Below, piece after piece: positions 60,500 through 64,000 of a DNA stretch of 64,000 nt (positions within the stretch are counted from its first letter, which is position 1; every line of letters starts with the position of its first letter). The translations under genes and the position numbers were made by a program. The notes under the pieces are model-generated. The model saw only the letters and a list, made by a program, of their open reading frames with translations. It ran no database searches and was not told the DNA's origin. Origin of the DNA: Gekko japonicus (lineage: Eukaryota); NCBI RefSeq assembly GCF_001447785.1, contig NW_015167529.1, positions 1,661,249-1,725,248 of the forward strand. The letters are read 5' to 3'.

Positions 60500-60783
60500 C
60501 CCTGACTGTTCCCTGGAAGGCCAGATAATGAAACTGAAGCTCAAATACTTTGGCCACCAAATGAGAAGGGAGCACTCACTGGAGAAGACCCTGATGCTGG
60601 GAAAGATTGAAGGTCAAAGAAGACGGGGACGGCAAAGGATGAGATGGTTAGACACTGTCTTAGATGCAACGAACATGAAATTGAGCAAACGTCAGAGGAC
60701 GGCGGAAGACAGGAAGGCCTGGTGTGATCTGGTCCATGGGGTTGCGAAGAGTCGGACTCGACTGCGTGACTGAACAACAACAA
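60500..60783 (+). mobile_element. RTE-BovB LINE 3' end
   Basis: KLKLKYFGHQMRREHSLEKTLMLGKIEGQRRRGRQRMRWLD; (CAA)n tail. Confidence 0.93.
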
Positions 60784-61084
60784 GAAAAAGGCCTGACAAA
60801 ACCCTTGGGGCTGTGCACTTTGCACCTCTCTGGAACCTTAAGCCATGTTTCCCTCATTCAGCCTCATCTAGAGACAACAACCACATGGCCCCAGCTACAG
60901 AAAGTCACTTAAATCCAAATAAAAAGGTCTGCATTTTACCATCATCCAAATATTTCACACCAAGGGAAGGCAGAAAGAGAAAATAATACTGTCTGCCTGT
61001 CTTGTCTAACAAAGTTTGAGTCCAGTGGCACCTTTAAGACCAACAAAGTTTTAATTAAGGTATGAGCTTGAAACCCCTTGAAAC

Positions 61085-61520
61085 AATACTGACCTTAATA
61101 GGCAAAGAAAGACAGAGAGAAAGACAAATAGAGAGAGACACAAAGAGAGACTCAGAGAAACAGAGGGACAGAGAAAAACACACTCAGAGGAACAGAGAGA
61201 GAAACATACACAGAGGGATGGACAGACACACATGGACAGACACACACACACACGCACAGAGACAGAGAGACACAGAGGGGCAAAGAGACAGGAGCAGAGA
61301 GACACAAACAGGGGCAGAGAGGGGGGGTCAGAGAGACACACAGAGAGAGAGAGACACACACAGAGGGGCAGAGACACACACACAGAGGCAGAGAGAGACA
61401 CACACAGAGGGGCAGGGAGAAACACAGAGGGTCAGAGAGAGACACGGAGGGGGGAGAGAGACACACACAGAGGGGCAGAGAGAGACACAGAGGAACACAG
61501 AGACAGAGAGACACACAAAC
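61085..61520. repeat. GA/CA-rich low-complexity tract
   Basis: Degenerate ACACAGAGAG units. Confidence 0.9.
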
Positions 61521-62089
61521 ACACCCCACCCAAAGCAAGCCCACCCCCACTGGAGTGGCCAAGCTACCCACGGCCTGGGCACCCTCGGCCCACTCCCCAT
61601 CAAGCCCCCACCGCCATCAAGCCCCTGCTTCTGTGGGTGGGCAGGGGAAGGCACGGGGAGGCATGCAAATACCTCCCCACTCCGTGGAAGGCGTTCCCCG
61701 GCCAGCCCACTTAGGCGGGCGGGCCAGGGAAAGCCGGGGGCTGTCCAACTTACCTTGCTGCTTCCTGCTCCTCGTGGTCCGACTGACGGCTGCTGGGGGT
61801 GGGGCTTGCTGCACGTGCCCGCCCCTGGGCTCCTTACTGCCAGAGCACCGCTCTGGCAGGAAACTACCCCTGCTTGTATCTATTTATCTTTTTCAGATCT
61901 CTTGTGAGAGTTGCTGGAGCTGATCAGAAGCAGTGTTAGAGCAGCAATCACAGGCAACATTTTGAGCTCTAGAACAGAGATTTGTGCAGTTAGACTAGGG
62001 CTGTGTGAGTGATACTAATAAAGAGATTTGTTTTTCTCTGTTTGACATGCTCTGTCATTACAGTTGCCAACCTCCAGCTGAATTGCAAC

Positions 62090-63265
62090 AAACCGGGCCA
62101 CGGTGTATATGACTAAGTAAAACACTAAATCACTGTGTATAATTTTACAATTTTTAATCATTTTTATATTATGCTTAAGTATGAATTTATAGTATATTTA
62201 TAAGGTAATTCATTGACAAAAATACAGCTTGATCATTAACAATAAAGCTCAGCAGTACATTCAAAAATAGTATAATTTCTATGTTGATATTTTAAGGCAA
62301 ATAATGAGGTCTTTTTTAGGTACAAAGTCCCAATATAGTACACTTATCACAAAAGAAAAAAACAACTAGAGACAAACAACGGCGTTCTAGTAATCATTCC
62401 GTTTGCATACTCTTCATCAGGTTTGTCTGGTGTTGCTGATTCATTACAGTCTTGAAGTACTGAAGGCTGTAATAAAGTGACATGCTTTATTTTAGAGCCA
62501 TTTTTACATACAACTTAAGAAAGTTTTCCTTTATAGTAAAGATTGTTTCATACACTCACCACTGTTTCAAGATTCTTAATACTATTTCATATAATACTGT
62601 TGGTACCACGCTATTGTGTTTAATTTCTAGAAGAAAACAGACAAGCACAATACATATTTTACAATTCTCTATTACGGTTATATTCTATAAGAAAATCAGA
62701 AGTGAGAAAAACACATTAAGAGTTACTGACCTGATGAGTGGGAATTGCCAGTATTAAACTACAATGTGACGAGGACTACAATACACTTCAATGGCAAGAT
62801 TTCCTCAGTGTAGCAAACATATCCCCATAGAGAACTTAAGGACTATAACAGGTGTTTTAGTTTAAGGTAATTTATTCTATTTTAAAGGTATCCTAACTAT
62901 TTATAAGAAGGAAGTGAAATCTAATTCCTGATCCAGACCTAATGGAATTAGTGTATGTAACCTGAAAATAAATTCAGCTTCCTTTTGTAGTAACACTCGA
63001 GACACATCAACTTGGTTGTATGGTTGAGGTCTGTAATGATACAACACCATAAACATAAAATCTGGTTTGTGTGCTACATCCATGAAAAGGGAAAGCATTG
63101 GAGCAGAGTCCACCTGGTTCCTGATATGGGATAGACGTTCCTGAATACGAACTCTTATTGGTCTTGTACTGATTCCTATGTAAACTAATTTACATAAACA
63201 GACACAGGCATATAGAGCAGTTACGGTGTTACAGTAGCTGAAATGATTAATTTTCACCTTCTCTG
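62090..63265 (-). mobile_element. Penelope-like element 3' part: GIY-YIG endonuclease + pseudo-LTR with hammerhead remnant
   Basis: ORF 62901-63257 ALYACVCLCKLVYIGISTRPIRVRIQE..LLQKEAEFIFRLHTLIPLGLD; CTGATGA core at 62420-62414. Confidence 0.85.
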
Positions 63266-63917
63266 CACCAGTTGGAAGCCTGGGATTCTTCCAAAATTAC
63301 AAGTGATCTCTAGATTACAGGTATCAGTTCTCCTTGAGAAAATGGCAGCTTTAGCGGGTCAGCTCCTTCCCCAAACTCATTTCTTCCCAGGCTTTGCCCC
63401 AAGAGCTCCAGGAATTTCCCAACTTGGAGATGGCAGCCCTATCTGTTATACCAAGAACTACAAGGCCCTGAGTTCTTTGTGCAAAGGCAGGAGAGAAGAC
63501 CAGGAGTAAAGCACCATAAGACAGTGGGAGCAATTTATCCCCTGATTTCTACATGCATTTTTGTCACACTAGAGGTGTTACAGTAGCTGAAATGATTAAT
63601 TTTCACCTTCTCTGCACCAGTTGGAAGCCTGGGATTCTTCCAAAATTACAAGTGATCTCTAGATTACAGGTATCAGTTCTCCTTGAGAAAATGGCAGCTT
63701 TAGCAGGTCAGCTCCTTCCCCAAACTCATTTCTTCCCAGGCTTTGCCCCAAGAGCTCCAGGAATTTCCCAACTTGGAGATGGCAGCCCTATCATACCAAG
63801 AACTACAAGGCCCTGAGTTCTTTGTGCAAAGGCAGGAGAGAAGACCAGGAGTAAAGCACCATAAGACAGTGGGAGCAATTTACCCCCTGATTTCTACATG
63901 CATTTTTGTGCCGCTAG
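63225..63917. repeat. 349-bp tandem duplication
   Basis: 63225-63573 versus 63574-63917, nearly identical. Confidence 0.93.
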
Positions 63918-64000
63918 TTTTCACTTCATCCCCTCCACCAGGTTTGTTTCAGTCCTTTTGAGATCACTTTTTCTGAAAGCCAATTTTGAGTCGGCTTTTT

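Noticed and set aside
61745-61870. Perfect minus-strand donor AAG|GTAAGT as a first exon of another gene
   Set aside because: Lies in what looks like a DNA-transposon end (CAGGGGTAG...); no linked exon identified
61051-61923. Several long ORFs (e.g. 281 aa)
   Set aside because: Products of the GA/CA low-complexity tract
62731-62760. Plus-strand CTGATGAG as a hammerhead core
   Set aside because: No downstream GAAA or supporting stems; antisense to the Penelope ORF
1-64000. CRISPR arrays, operons or prokaryotic defence systems
   Set aside because: Eukaryotic intron-containing locus; no repeat-spacer array seen

Overview
Vertebrate genomic DNA, most likely a squamate (gecko-like SINE repertoire, Sauria SINE, BovB, SPIN MITE), with three assembly gaps. 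Two complete protein-coding genes can be reconstructed exon by exon. TMED5 (+, 4 coding exons, 4221-16897, 225 aa) encodes a p24-gamma cargo receptor. MTF2/PCL2 (-, 15 coding exons, 48358-27008, 593 aa) encodes a PRC2.1 accessory subunit with Tudor, PHD, PHD, EH and chromo-like domains; the two genes lie tail-to-tail. The TMED5 CpG island carries several ZNF143-type sites and divergent splice donors, consistent with the bidirectional promoter shared with CCDC18 in mammals, but no CCDC18 coding exon was recognised. Introns and intergenic DNA are rich in nested transposons (CR1, L2, RTE-X, BovB, Penelope, DIRS remnant, hAT elements and MITEs, a solo LTR, SINEs) and local duplications. The most notable observations are: (i) a complex MTF2 5' end with a weak main AUG, overlapping uORFs and a candidate intron-1 exon giving an in-frame MSLRDST start; (ii) a GC-AG intron in MTF2; (iii) a CR1 inserted about 15 nt from an MTF2 donor and carrying a competing GTGAGT donor; (iv) a sense-oriented solo LTR nested in a hAT within MTF2 intron 11; (v) a short, 5'-intact L1-like element with a 13-bp TSD; (vi) Penelope hairpins and hammerhead-ribozyme remnants. 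All family and gene assignments come from motif recognition and recall, not database searches, and TE boundaries without TSDs are approximate.
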